DNA from: Actinomycetota bacterium
GTDB lineage: Bacteria; Actinomycetota; UBA4738; HRBIN12
Direction of reading: 5' to 3'
NCBI GenBank assembly: GCA_046082745.1
Contig: JBJTYK010000074.1
Span: 1 to 35,925, forward strand
Length of the DNA stretch: 35,925 nucleotides
Below are positions 27,896-34,474 of the stretch, piece after piece; position 1 is the first letter of the stretch, and each line of letters opens with the position of its first letter. The notes under the pieces are model-generated. The model did no database searches and was not told the origin of the DNA. It saw only the letters and a program-made list of their open reading frames with translations. The position numbers and the translations under genes were made by a program.

Positions 27896-27906
27896 CGGGA
27901 GTCACG
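27891..27906. promoter_or_regulatory. Crp-type operator, TGTGA-N6-TCACG (9 of 10 consensus positions)
   Basis: tgtgacgggagtcacg overlaps the zinc-ribbon stop codon. Its centre is about 112 nt upstream of the peptide-1 ATG. Confidence 0.5.
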
Positions 27907-28010
27907 CGGACCCCGTGATGCCGGCGGCGCGCGACAGCGGCCCGCTGGCACAGGATGTGGCGGTACCCGTCCGGGAGTCGGCGGGGAGGACGAGCGGAAG
28001 CGAGGGAGCG

Positions 28011-28142
28011 ATGGCCGGAGCGAAGAAGGTCCAGCCGAAGAAGGCTGCGTCGAAGAAGGCCGCGCCGAAGCGCGCGGCGACCAAGAGCACTCGGGAGAGC
28101 CTGCGGGGCGGCAAGAAGTCGATGGCGATCCTCCCGGTCTAG
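28011..28142 (+). CDS. Lys-rich small peptide 1 (43 aa), the most divergent copy
   Basis: MAGAKKVQPKKAASKKAAPKRAATKSTRESLRGGKKSMAILPV. High GC3 and its own terminator. The SD (GAGGGAG) is only 2 nt from the ATG, so expression is less certain. Confidence 0.55.
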   Translation: MAGAKKVQPKKAASKKAAPKRAATKSTRESLRGGKKSMAILPV

Positions 28143-28165
28143 AAGTCGGACCGCCGTGCGGGATA

Positions 28166-28195
28166 GGGGCCGGGCCCGCACGGGCCCGGCCCCTT
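28166..28195 (+). terminator. Intrinsic-terminator-like hairpin after peptide 1
   Basis: GGGGCCGGGCCCG-ca-CGGGCCCGGCCCC forms a 13-bp stem, followed by TTCC. Confidence 0.6.
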
Positions 28196-28222
28196 CCGCT
28201 CCCCCCCGCCAGGCACGGCCGT

Positions 28223-28238
28223 TGTGACGCCCGTCACA
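28223..28238. promoter_or_regulatory. Perfect Crp/CAP consensus palindrome TGTGA-N6-TCACA
   Basis: ttgtgacgcccgtcaca lies in the 248-nt gap before peptide genes 2-4. A CAGAGT -10 candidate at 28260-28265 would centre the site at -41.5. Additional TCACA (28257-28261) and TGTGA (28270-28274) half-sites lie just downstream. Confidence 0.65.
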
Positions 28239-28390
28239 GTCCACCGGCACCGGCCATCACAGAGTGGGTTGTGACCGAGGGCACCCCCCGGGAGTGACCC
28301 GCGATGCGGCGGGACTCGGTTGCGCGGGGGAGGATGCCCGAGTCAGGCGCACCGACGAGCAGCGAGGATCGGAGAGGGGAGGCGGAGCAC

Positions 28391-28513
28391 ATGGCGGAGA
28401 AGAAGAAGGTCCAGCCGAAGAGGGCGGGCAGTTCCGCGGCCGGCGCGAAGAAGGTCGCGAAGAAGTCCACCCGCGAGAGCCTGCGAGCCGCCAAGGGCAG
28501 GCCAATCGCGTAG
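28391..28513 (+). CDS. Lys-rich small peptide 2 (40 aa)
   Basis: MAEKKKVQPKRAGSSAAGAKKVAKKSTRESLRAAKGRPIA. GGAGG SD upstream and high GC3 (AAG, GTC and GCG codons). Confidence 0.7.
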   Translation: MAEKKKVQPKRAGSSAAGAKKVAKKSTRESLRAAKGRPIA

Positions 28514-28552
28514 CCAGCGCAGCCACGACGACTCGGAAGGAGGGGGAACCAC

Positions 28553-28672
28553 ATGGCAGAGAAGAAGAAGGTCCAGCCGAAGAAGGCGACGGGCGCCGCT
28601 GCCGGCAAGAAGAAGGTCGCGAAGAAGTCCACCCGCGAGAGCCTGCGAGCCACTCGCTCCAAGATCGGCTAG
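28553..28672 (+). CDS. Lys-rich small peptide 3 (39 aa)
   Basis: MAEKKKVQPKKATGAAAGKKKVAKKSTRESLRATRSKIG. AAGGAGG SD lies 9 nt upstream. It is below the size cut-off of the ORF track and was found by hand. Confidence 0.7.
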   Translation: MAEKKKVQPKKATGAAAGKKKVAKKSTRESLRATRSKIG

Positions 28673-28731
28673 CGGCTCCGACGGCAACCAGGACACGAGC
28701 CTCACGAACTCGACGGAAGGAGGGAAACCAC

Positions 28732-28851
28732 ATGGCGGAGAAGAAGAAGGTCCAGCCGAAGAAGGCGGGCAGTTCCGCGGCCGGCGCGAAGAAGGTCGCG
28801 AAGAAGGCCACCCGCGAGAGCCTCAGCGCGAAGGTCGGGAAGGTGATCTAG
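28732..28851 (+). CDS. Lys-rich small peptide 4 (39 aa)
   Basis: MAEKKKVQPKKAGSSAAGAKKVAKKATRESLSAKVGKVI. AAGGAGG SD lies 8 nt upstream, and a terminator hairpin follows. Confidence 0.7.
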   Translation: MAEKKKVQPKKAGSSAAGAKKVAKKATRESLSAKVGKVI

Positions 28852-28869
28852 GTCCTCTGGAGCGAAGCG

Positions 28870-28906
28870 AACGGCGGGCCCGCAAGGGCCCGCCGTTCCT
28901 GTTTCC
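28870..28906 (+). terminator. Intrinsic terminator after the peptide array
   Basis: AACGGCGGGCCC-gcaa-GGGCCCGCCGTT forms a 12-bp stem, followed by CCTGTTTCC. Confidence 0.7.
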
Positions 28907-28938
28907 CCGGCCGTGTGGCCCCGCCACCCCTGCCGCGC

Positions 28939-28944
28939 TAGGCT
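28939..28944 (+). promoter_or_regulatory. Candidate -10 box (TAGGCT) for a near-leaderless crp-like transcript
   Basis: gcTAGGCTccgcc ends 9 nt before ATG 28954, which has no SD. Nearly the same string (gcTAGACTccgcc) lies upstream of rpsB on the minus strand (11938-11943). Confidence 0.3.
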
Positions 28945-28953
28945 CCGCCCCTG

Positions 28954-29658
28954 ATGTCGCCCTTGGACCAGACCGCGGTCGTCGAGAAGGCCATGACCCA
29001 GTCCCCCACCTTCGTGGGGGTCCCCCGCGCGCACGTGAAGGACTTCGCCGCGCAGGGCCGGGTCCGCGCCTACCGCCGAGGCACGTACCTCTGCCAGCAG
29101 GGCGACGAGGCCGACCGGGTCTACTTCCTCGTGAAGGGCCGGGTCGAGATCAGCTCGATCTCCCTCACCGGCAACCGGATCCTCCACGCGACGGTCGACC
29201 AGCCCCAATTCCTCGGGGAGCTCCCCGTGCTCGGCGAGATGGATCGCACGGCGGACCTCCTCGCCCTGGAGGACAGCGAGGTCTGGAGCATCGCGGCGGG
29301 CCGGTTCCTCGACTTCGTGACCTCGGAGCCGTCCGCCGCGCGCCAGGTGCTCGCGGCGCTCGCCCGCCAGGTCCGCGAGCACGAATCGTTCGTGGACGAC
29401 CTCCTGTTCCTCGACCTGAAGGGCCGGGTCGCCAAGCGCCTCCTCCAGATGGGCACCTCGACGCTCTCGGAGCTCCCCGAGGACGGCTCCTCGATCCCGG
29501 CCGTCACCCACGCGGACCTCGCGAGCCTGTGCGGCGGGAGCCGGGAGAACGTCTCGCGGATCCTCTCGGACCTCCAGCGCCGGGGCGTCGTCTCACGCGA
29601 GGGCTCGCGCTACGTCCTCGCGAAGGTCTCGTACCTCGCGCGGCTCGCCGCGCTCTAG
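28954..29658 (+). CDS. Crp/Fnr-family cNMP-binding transcriptional regulator
   Basis: A cNMP-binding barrel (FLGELPVLGEMDRTADLLA) plus a C-terminal HTH. GRVAKRLLQMG and HADLASLCGGSRENVSRILSDLQRRG resemble mycobacterial Crp. The recognition helix is R-E-x-V-x-R, as in E. coli CRP (RETVGR). The alternative start ATG near 28993 is not excluded. Confidence 0.85.
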   Translation: MSPLDQTAVVEKAMTQSPTFVGVPRAHVKDFAAQGRVRAYRRGTYLCQQGDEADRVYFLVKGRVEISSISLTGNRILHATVDQPQFLGELPVLGEMDRTADLLALEDSEVWSIAAGRFLDFVTSEPSAARQVLAALARQVREHESFVDDLLFLDLKGRVAKRLLQMGTSTLSELPEDGSSIPAVTHADLASLCGGSRENVSRILSDLQRRGVVSREGSRYVLAKVSYLARLAAL

Positions 29659-30170
29659 CCTTCGTCGGGGGCGGTGAGCCCCGGCAGGTCTCGGACGACG
29701 ATCCGCCGCTGCCCGACGTCCACGGAGACGAGCACGTCGCGGAGCACCGGCACGAGGGTCTCCTCCCCCGCCCGCACGACGCTCCAGACGTCGTTCGCCG
29801 GGGTGTGGATGACATCGGAAAGCACGCCGAGGTCGCGGCCGGCGTCGGTCGCGACCGCGCACCCGACGAGGTCGTGGTCCCACCAGGAGCCCTCGGGAAG
29901 CGGCGGCGAGGACGACGCCGGCACGACGAGGGTCTTCCCCGCGAGGGCCTTCGCGACCTCGCGGTCGGCGACGCCCGCGAACGTGACGAGCAGGAGCCCG
30001 CGGTGGCGGCGGGCGGCGGTCACGGTGAGCGGGCGGCCGTCCTCGAGGTGGACCGTCGCGCCGGGGTCGAAGCGGCTGGCGACGTCGGTGAGGACGACGA
30101 CCGCGAGTTCGCCCCGCACCCCGTGGGGGCGGCTGATGCGGCCGACCGCGACGGTCGGCTCCGCGGTCAT
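29655..30170 (-). CDS. rimM: 16S rRNA processing protein RimM
   Basis: VAVGRISRPHGVRGELAV..., a PRC-barrel C-terminus, and operon position after the KH protein. Its stop shares CTAG with the convergent crp-like stop. Confidence 0.9.
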   Translation of the reverse strand: MTAEPTVAVGRISRPHGVRGELAVVVLTDVASRFDPGATVHLEDGRPLTVTAARRHRGLLLVTFAGVADREVAKALAGKTLVVPASSSPPLPEGSWWDHDLVGCAVATDAGRDLGVLSDVIHTPANDVWSVVRAGEETLVPVLRDVLVSVDVGQRRIVVRDLPGLTAPDEG

Positions 30171-30406
30171 CCCTCCGGGTCGAGGATCTCGACGGAGACG
30201 CGGCGGTCGTCGCGGATCGCGGCGGCCTTCACGACGCTCCGCATCGCGCGGGCGATGCGGCCGCCCTTGCCGATGATCCGACCCATGTCGGCCTCGGCGA
30301 AGGAGAGCTGGAGGAGGGTGCCGCGGTCGTCCTGCACCTCGGTCACGCGGACGGCGTCGGGCTCATCCGCGAGTTGCTTCGCGATGAACTCGAGGAGTTC
30401 CCTCAC
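30167..30406 (-). CDS. KH-domain RNA-binding protein (YlqC/UPF0109 type)
   Basis: GTG start giving [59 protein letters not shown], which contains GKGG. Conserved position between rpsP and rimM. Both junctions are 4-nt overlaps. Confidence 0.85.
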   Translation of the reverse strand: MRELLEFIAKQLADEPDAVRVTEVQDDRGTLLQLSFAEADMGRIIGKGGRIARAMRSVVKAAAIRDDRRVSVEILDPEG

Positions 30407-30927
30407 GCCTCGGGCTGGGGCTCGTCGGCGGACGTCTCGGCGGCGGGGGCCTCGACCTGCGGTTCCTCGACCGGGGCGGCTTCTGCGGCCTCGGCCGTCG
30501 CGGCCTCCGCGGCCGCTGCCTCGGCTGCGGCGGCGGCCTTCGCTGCCTCCGCCTCGGCCTTCGCGGCGGATGCGGCGGCGGCCTCGGCTGCTGCGGCGGC
30601 CTTCGCGCCGACGCGCGGCGGGCGCTTGCGCGCGCGCTCGCCGCCACGGGGCTTGCCGGCCTCGGGGCGCTCGGCGACGAACTTCGGCCAGATGCCGACC
30701 TTGTCCATGAGGTTGCGGACGGTCTCGCTCGGCTGGGCGCCGGTGCGGAGCCAGTGGAGGGCGCGGGCCTCGTCGATCTCGATCCGCGAGGGCTCGTCGA
30801 GGGGGTGGTAGCGGCCGATGTTCTCGATGAAGCGGCCGTCGCGGGGGGAGCGCTGGTCGGCGACCACGACGCGGTAGAAGGGGCGCTTGTTCGCCCCGAG
30901 CCGCCGAAGCCTGATCCTCGTGGTCAT
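30403..30927 (-). CDS. rpsP: 30S ribosomal protein S16 with an Ala/Glu-rich C-terminal extension
   Basis: [43 protein letters not shown], followed by a long [35 protein letters not shown] tail. Confidence 0.95.
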   Translation of the reverse strand: MTTRIRLRRLGANKRPFYRVVVADQRSPRDGRFIENIGRYHPLDEPSRIEIDEARALHWLRTGAQPSETVRNLMDKVGIWPKFVAERPEAGKPRGGERARKRPPRVGAKAAAAAEAAAASAAKAEAEAAKAAAAAEAAAAEAATAEAAEAAPVEEPQVEAPAAETSADEPQPEA

Positions 30928-30965
30928 CCGGTCTCCTCGCGCCCGCGGGCGCCTTCGGGAACCCT

Positions 30966-30987
30966 CCGCGGGCGGGACCGCCCGCGG
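30966..30987 (-). terminator. GC hairpin downstream of smc, in the rpsP upstream region
   Basis: CCGCGGGCGG-ga-CCGCCCGCGG forms a 10-bp perfect stem. There is no clear U-tract, so function is uncertain. Confidence 0.4.
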
Positions 30988-31041
30988 GAGCCCCGATGAT
31001 AGCCGCAGGGTCCTCCGCCCGACACCCGCCGGGCGGGCGGC

Positions 31042-34000
31042 CTAGGCCCGGGTCCCGCCCCCGGGGACGAGGTCGGCCGGGGAGTCCGGTGCCTTCGCCT
31101 CGTCCATCGCCTGACAGACGACCTTCGTCGTGCCGTCCTTCGACATCGAGACCCCGTAGAGCATCCGGGCGATCTCCATCGTGCGCTTCTGGTGGGTCAC
31201 GATGAGGACCTGGGAGTCCGCGGCGAACCCACCGACGAGCTTCAGGAACCGGTGGAGGTTCACGTCGTCGAGCGCGGGCTCGACCTCGTCCATGAGGTAG
31301 AAGGGCGAGGGCCGCGACCGGAAGATCGCGAACAGGAACGCCATCGAGGTGAGCGCGCGCTCCCCGCCCGACAGGAGCGAGATGCGCTTCATGCGCTTGC
31401 CGCCCGGCCGGGCCTCGATCTCGATGCCGGTGTTCAGGAGATCGGTCGGCTCGGTCGCGACGAGTCGCCCCTCCCCGCCCGGGAAGAGTTCGGCGAAGAG
31501 CCGCTCGAACTCCGCCGAGACGTCGCGGTAGGCCGAGGCGAACGTCTCGACGATCTCGTCCTCGATGCGGCGGATCACCTGGAGGAGGTCGCGGCGGGCC
31601 TTGCGGATGTCGTCGAGCTCGCGCGCGAGGAAGTCGTGACGCTCCTGGAGCGCCTCGAACTCGCCGCCCGCGAGGAGGTTCACGCGGCCGAGCAGGCCGA
31701 GCCGGCGCTGCACGAGTTCGGCCTTGCGCTCGAGCGTGCCGACGTTGTCGTCGTCGCGGAGGCGTCCGAGGACGGCCTCGGGGTCCTCGCCGTGGCCCTC
31801 GCGGATCAGGCGTTCGGCGTCGCGCATCCGGCGCTCGAGGTCGGCGCGGGCGCGGTCGTCGTCCTCGTAGGACTCGCGGAGCCGGTCGAGTTCCATCGAG
31901 GCCTCGCGCCAGCGGCGGTTCACGTCGGCCTCTGCCTCCATGGCCTGCGACTGCGCGGTCGCCGCGGCGGCACGCGCGGCGGCGGCGGCGTCGGTGGCGG
32001 CCGCAGCGGTCTCGAGGGCCGCCTCCGCCGCCGCGCGCGCCGCCCCCTCGCGGTCGAGCGCGGCCGCGAGCGACGTCGGATCGTCGGCACCGAGGCGTCC
32101 GAGTTCGGCCTCGAGGCCGGAGATGCGAGCGGCGAGGCCCGCCGCGTCGCGACGCAGCGTCTCGACGGCGACCCGCGCGGCGACCGGGGCCTCGGGCTCG
32201 GCGGGCAGTGCCGGGAGTTCCTCGGCGCGGGGCGCCGCGGACTCGAGTCGGTCGCGCCAGGTGGCCGCAGCCTCCTCCATGCCGGCGAGTCGCTGACCGA
32301 GGAGTTCCTCCTCGCGCGCGAGCGCGGCGGCGTCGGATTCGAGCTTCCCGAGGCGGTCGGCCGCCGCGGTGATCGCGGCGTCGGAGCCCTCGATCGCGGC
32401 GTCGGCGTCGGCGAGCCCCGCGACGGCGACGTCGAGCCGGCGACGCAGCGGCGTGAGCGCCCCGCGCGCGCCCGCGACCTCGTGCTCGGCGACGTCGAGT
32501 TCGCGGTCGAGGTCCTCGATGCGCTCGGCGCGGTCGGGGACGGTGCGGATCGTGACGGGGCCGAGGAGCAGGCCGTCGCGCGTGACGAACGAGGCGCGCC
32601 CGTGCTGCGCGGCCTTCCCGACGGCCTCTTCGACCGAGTCGGCGAGGTAGACGTCGGACAGGAGCGTCGCGACGATCCCGCGGACCGGCGCGTCGGCGTC
32701 GACGACGGACAGGAGCGGGCGCTCTCCCTCGAGGACGAGCGCCGCACCGCCGCCGCCGGCGATCGCGATCGTCGCGCCGCCCGCGCCGGGCGCGTCGCGG
32801 AGCGCCGCCGCGCCGTCGTCGTAGACGACCGCGTCGACGAGCGGGCCGAGCGCCGCGGCGAGGGCGGCTTCCCAGCCGGACCTCGCGCGGACCATGTCGC
32901 CGAGCAGCCCGAGGGCGGGGGTGGGTCGGCGCGCGAGGAACCGGGCGCCGTCGCTCGCGCGGAGGTCCTCGAGACGCGCCTTCGCGACGTCGCGGCGGTT
33001 CTCGGCGACGCGCAGGCGCTCCTCGAGGGTGGCGATCTGTTCGGCCAGGGCGGCGCGCTCCCCCTCGATCGTCCCGCGGCGCCCGGCGAGCGGCGCCGAC
33101 TCCGCGTCGAGCCGTTCGGCATCGGCGCGGGCGTCGTCGATCGCCCGCTCGGCGGCGGCGCGACGGGTGCGGACGTCCTCGAGGTCGGCCTCGACGCGGG
33201 CCCGCTCGCGGTCGGAGGCGGCGAGCGATTGGCGGAGCATCTCGATCTCGGCCCGTCGCGCCGCCGCCTCCTCGAGGAGCCTGCGGCGCTCGTCCGCGGC
33301 CAGTCGGTGTTCCTGGGTCGCCTGGCGGAACGCGCGCTCGGCCTCCTCGAGCGCGATCTCGGCTCCGCCGAGATCGCGCTGCGCGGTCGCGAGCGACTCG
33401 CGCGTCGCGCGGAGGTCGCCCTCGAGGGATTCGATCCGCACCCCGCGGGTGGACTCGGCGGCCAGACGCTGGCGCGCGTCGGCCTCGGCCGCGACGGCGC
33501 GGCGCAGTTCGGCCTCGGCGGCCGACCGCGCCTCCTGGGCCGCGGCGAGCGCATCCTCGGCCTCCTGGAGCGCCCACGTCGTGCGCGCGCGCTCGTCGGC
33601 GACCGTGCCGACGCGCTCGCTCAGGTCGTCGAGCTGTTCGCGCGCCTGCGCGCGCGCCGCCTGGCCGGCGTCCCAGCCGCCCTCGCGGGCGGTGTGCTCG
33701 GCGCGGAGCGCGCGCAGGCGCGCCCCCGCGAGCAGGACGGCGACGGCCTCGGCCTCGGCGCTCAGCTCCTCGTGGCGCTTCGCCATGTCGGCCTGCTGGC
33801 GGAGCGGCTTCAGCTGGCGGCGGAGCTCGGCGAGGACGTCCTGGAGGCGGAGGAGGTCCTGGTCGAGGCCCGCGAGCTTGCGCTCCGACCGCTCCTTGCG
33901 GCGGCGGTGCTTCGCGATGCCCGCGGCCTCCTCGATGTAGGTGCGGCGATCCTCCGGCCGCGCGTTCAGGACCTCCTCGAGCTGGCCCTGGCCGACGACC

Positions 34001-34416
34001 GTGTGGAGCGCGCGGCCGATGCCGCTCTCCGACAGGAGCTCCTGGACGTCGAGCAGCCGGACGAGCTGGCCGCCGATCCGGTACTCGCTCTCCCCCGAGC
34101 GGAAGATCGTGCGGCTGATCTCGATCTCGGTGAGCGGGACCGGGATGAGCCCCGCCGCGTTGTCGATGACGAGCTTCACCTCGGCGATGCCGAGGGCGGG
34201 TCGCTGGGGGCTTCCCGAGAAGATGACGTCGGCCATCTGGCCGCCCCGGAGCGACCGGGCGCCCTGCTCGCCGAGCACCCAGCTGATCGCGTCGACGAGG
34301 TTGGACTTCCCCGAACCGTTCGGACCGACGATGACGCTCACGCCGGGCACGAAGTCGAGGACGGTCCGGTCCGCGAAGGACTTGAACCCGCGGAGCTGGA
34401 GGGACCGGAGGAACAT
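31042..34416 (-). CDS. smc: Chromosome segregation protein SMC
   Basis: 1124 aa. N-terminal Walker A VGPNGSGKSNLVDAI, long coiled-coil Ala/Glu/Arg-rich arms, and C-terminal LSGGERALTSMAFLFAI and FYLMDEVEPALD. Confidence 0.97.
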   Translation of the reverse strand: MFLRSLQLRGFKSFADRTVLDFVPGVSVIVGPNGSGKSNLVDAISWVLGEQGARSLRGGQMADVIFSGSPQRPALGIAEVKLVIDNAAGLIPVPLTEIEISRTIFRSGESEYRIGGQLVRLLDVQELLSESGIGRALHTVVGQGQLEEVLNARPEDRRTYIEEAAGIAKHRRRKERSERKLAGLDQDLLRLQDVLAELRRQLKPLRQQADMAKRHEELSAEAEAVAVLLAGARLRALRAEHTAREGGWDAGQAARAQAREQLDDLSERVGTVADERARTTWALQEAEDALAAAQEARSAAEAELRRAVAAEADARQRLAAESTRGVRIESLEGDLRATRESLATAQRDLGGAEIALEEAERAFRQATQEHRLAADERRRLLEEAAARRAEIEMLRQSLAASDRERARVEADLEDVRTRRAAAERAIDDARADAERLDAESAPLAGRRGTIEGERAALAEQIATLEERLRVAENRRDVAKARLEDLRASDGARFLARRPTPALGLLGDMVRARSGWEAALAAALGPLVDAVVYDDGAAALRDAPGAGGATIAIAGGGGAALVLEGERPLLSVVDADAPVRGIVATLLSDVYLADSVEEAVGKAAQHGRASFVTRDGLLLGPVTIRTVPDRAERIEDLDRELDVAEHEVAGARGALTPLRRRLDVAVAGLADADAAIEGSDAAITAAADRLGKLESDAAALAREEELLGQRLAGMEEAAATWRDRLESAAPRAEELPALPAEPEAPVAARVAVETLRRDAAGLAARISGLEAELGRLGADDPTSLAAALDREGAARAAAEAALETAAAATDAAAAARAAAATAQSQAMEAEADVNRRWREASMELDRLRESYEDDDRARADLERRMRDAERLIREGHGEDPEAVLGRLRDDDNVGTLERKAELVQRRLGLLGRVNLLAGGEFEALQERHDFLARELDDIRKARRDLLQVIRRIEDEIVETFASAYRDVSAEFERLFAELFPGGEGRLVATEPTDLLNTGIEIEARPGGKRMKRISLLSGGERALTSMAFLFAIFRSRPSPFYLMDEVEPALDDVNLHRFLKLVGGFAADSQVLIVTHQKRTMEIARMLYGVSMSKDGTTKVVCQAMDEAKAPDSPADLVPGGGTRA

Positions 34417-34474
34417 CGCCGCGGATACTAACAGCGGTGTGATTCGCCCGCCAGCCGGGCCGCGCGCGGGCCCG

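Larger units (their letters stand above)
28375..28851 (+). repeat. Three tandem coding repeat units (ATG-to-ATG spacing 162 and 179 nt), each with an SD plus a Lys-rich peptide gene
   Basis: The shared string GGAAGGAGGG(G)AA(A)CCACATGGC(G/A)GAGAAGAAGAAGGTCCAGCCGAAGAAGGCG... is found in all three. Copies 2 and 4 are near-identical over about 90 nt, then diverge. Confidence 0.85.

Noticed and set aside
28234-28811. Minus-strand ORFs rich in Phe and Leu (…FFATFFAPAAELPAFFGWTFFFSAMWFP…) across the peptide array; they look like repeated hydrophobic peptides.
   Set aside because: They are the antisense reading of AAG/GCC-rich Lys/Ala codons (CTT, TTC). They have no SD and low GC3. The plus-strand peptide genes have SD, ATG, GC3 bias and terminators.
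28375-28851. Tandem ~160-180-nt repeats considered as a CRISPR-like or other non-coding repeat array.
   Set aside because: The units are unequal in length (162 and 179 nt), far longer than CRISPR repeats, and not separated by unique spacers of constant size. Each unit contains an SD plus an intact small ORF. No cas genes are present.
28913-28927. GTGTGGC-CC-CGCCAC-like imperfect palindrome upstream of the crp-like gene, considered as a possible autoregulatory Crp site.
   Set aside because: It matches the TGTGA-N6-TCACA consensus poorly; only a short GTGGC-CCC-GCCAC palindrome is present. Such GC-rich 5-bp palindromes are expected by chance.
22966-29658. The island considered as an integrated mobile element or prophage remnant.
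   Set aside because: No integrase, transposase or tRNA target was found, and I could find no flanking direct or inverted repeats. Base composition and codon style are indistinguishable by eye from the backbone. xerC at 15556-16485 is the housekeeping dif recombinase in its conserved position.
34417-34474. Short GC hairpin (CGGGCC-n-GGCCCG) and a TGTGA half-site between the mutM stop and the smc start.
   Set aside because: The stem is only 6 bp, the TGTGA has no partner half-site, and the hairpin is too weak to call a terminator or operator.
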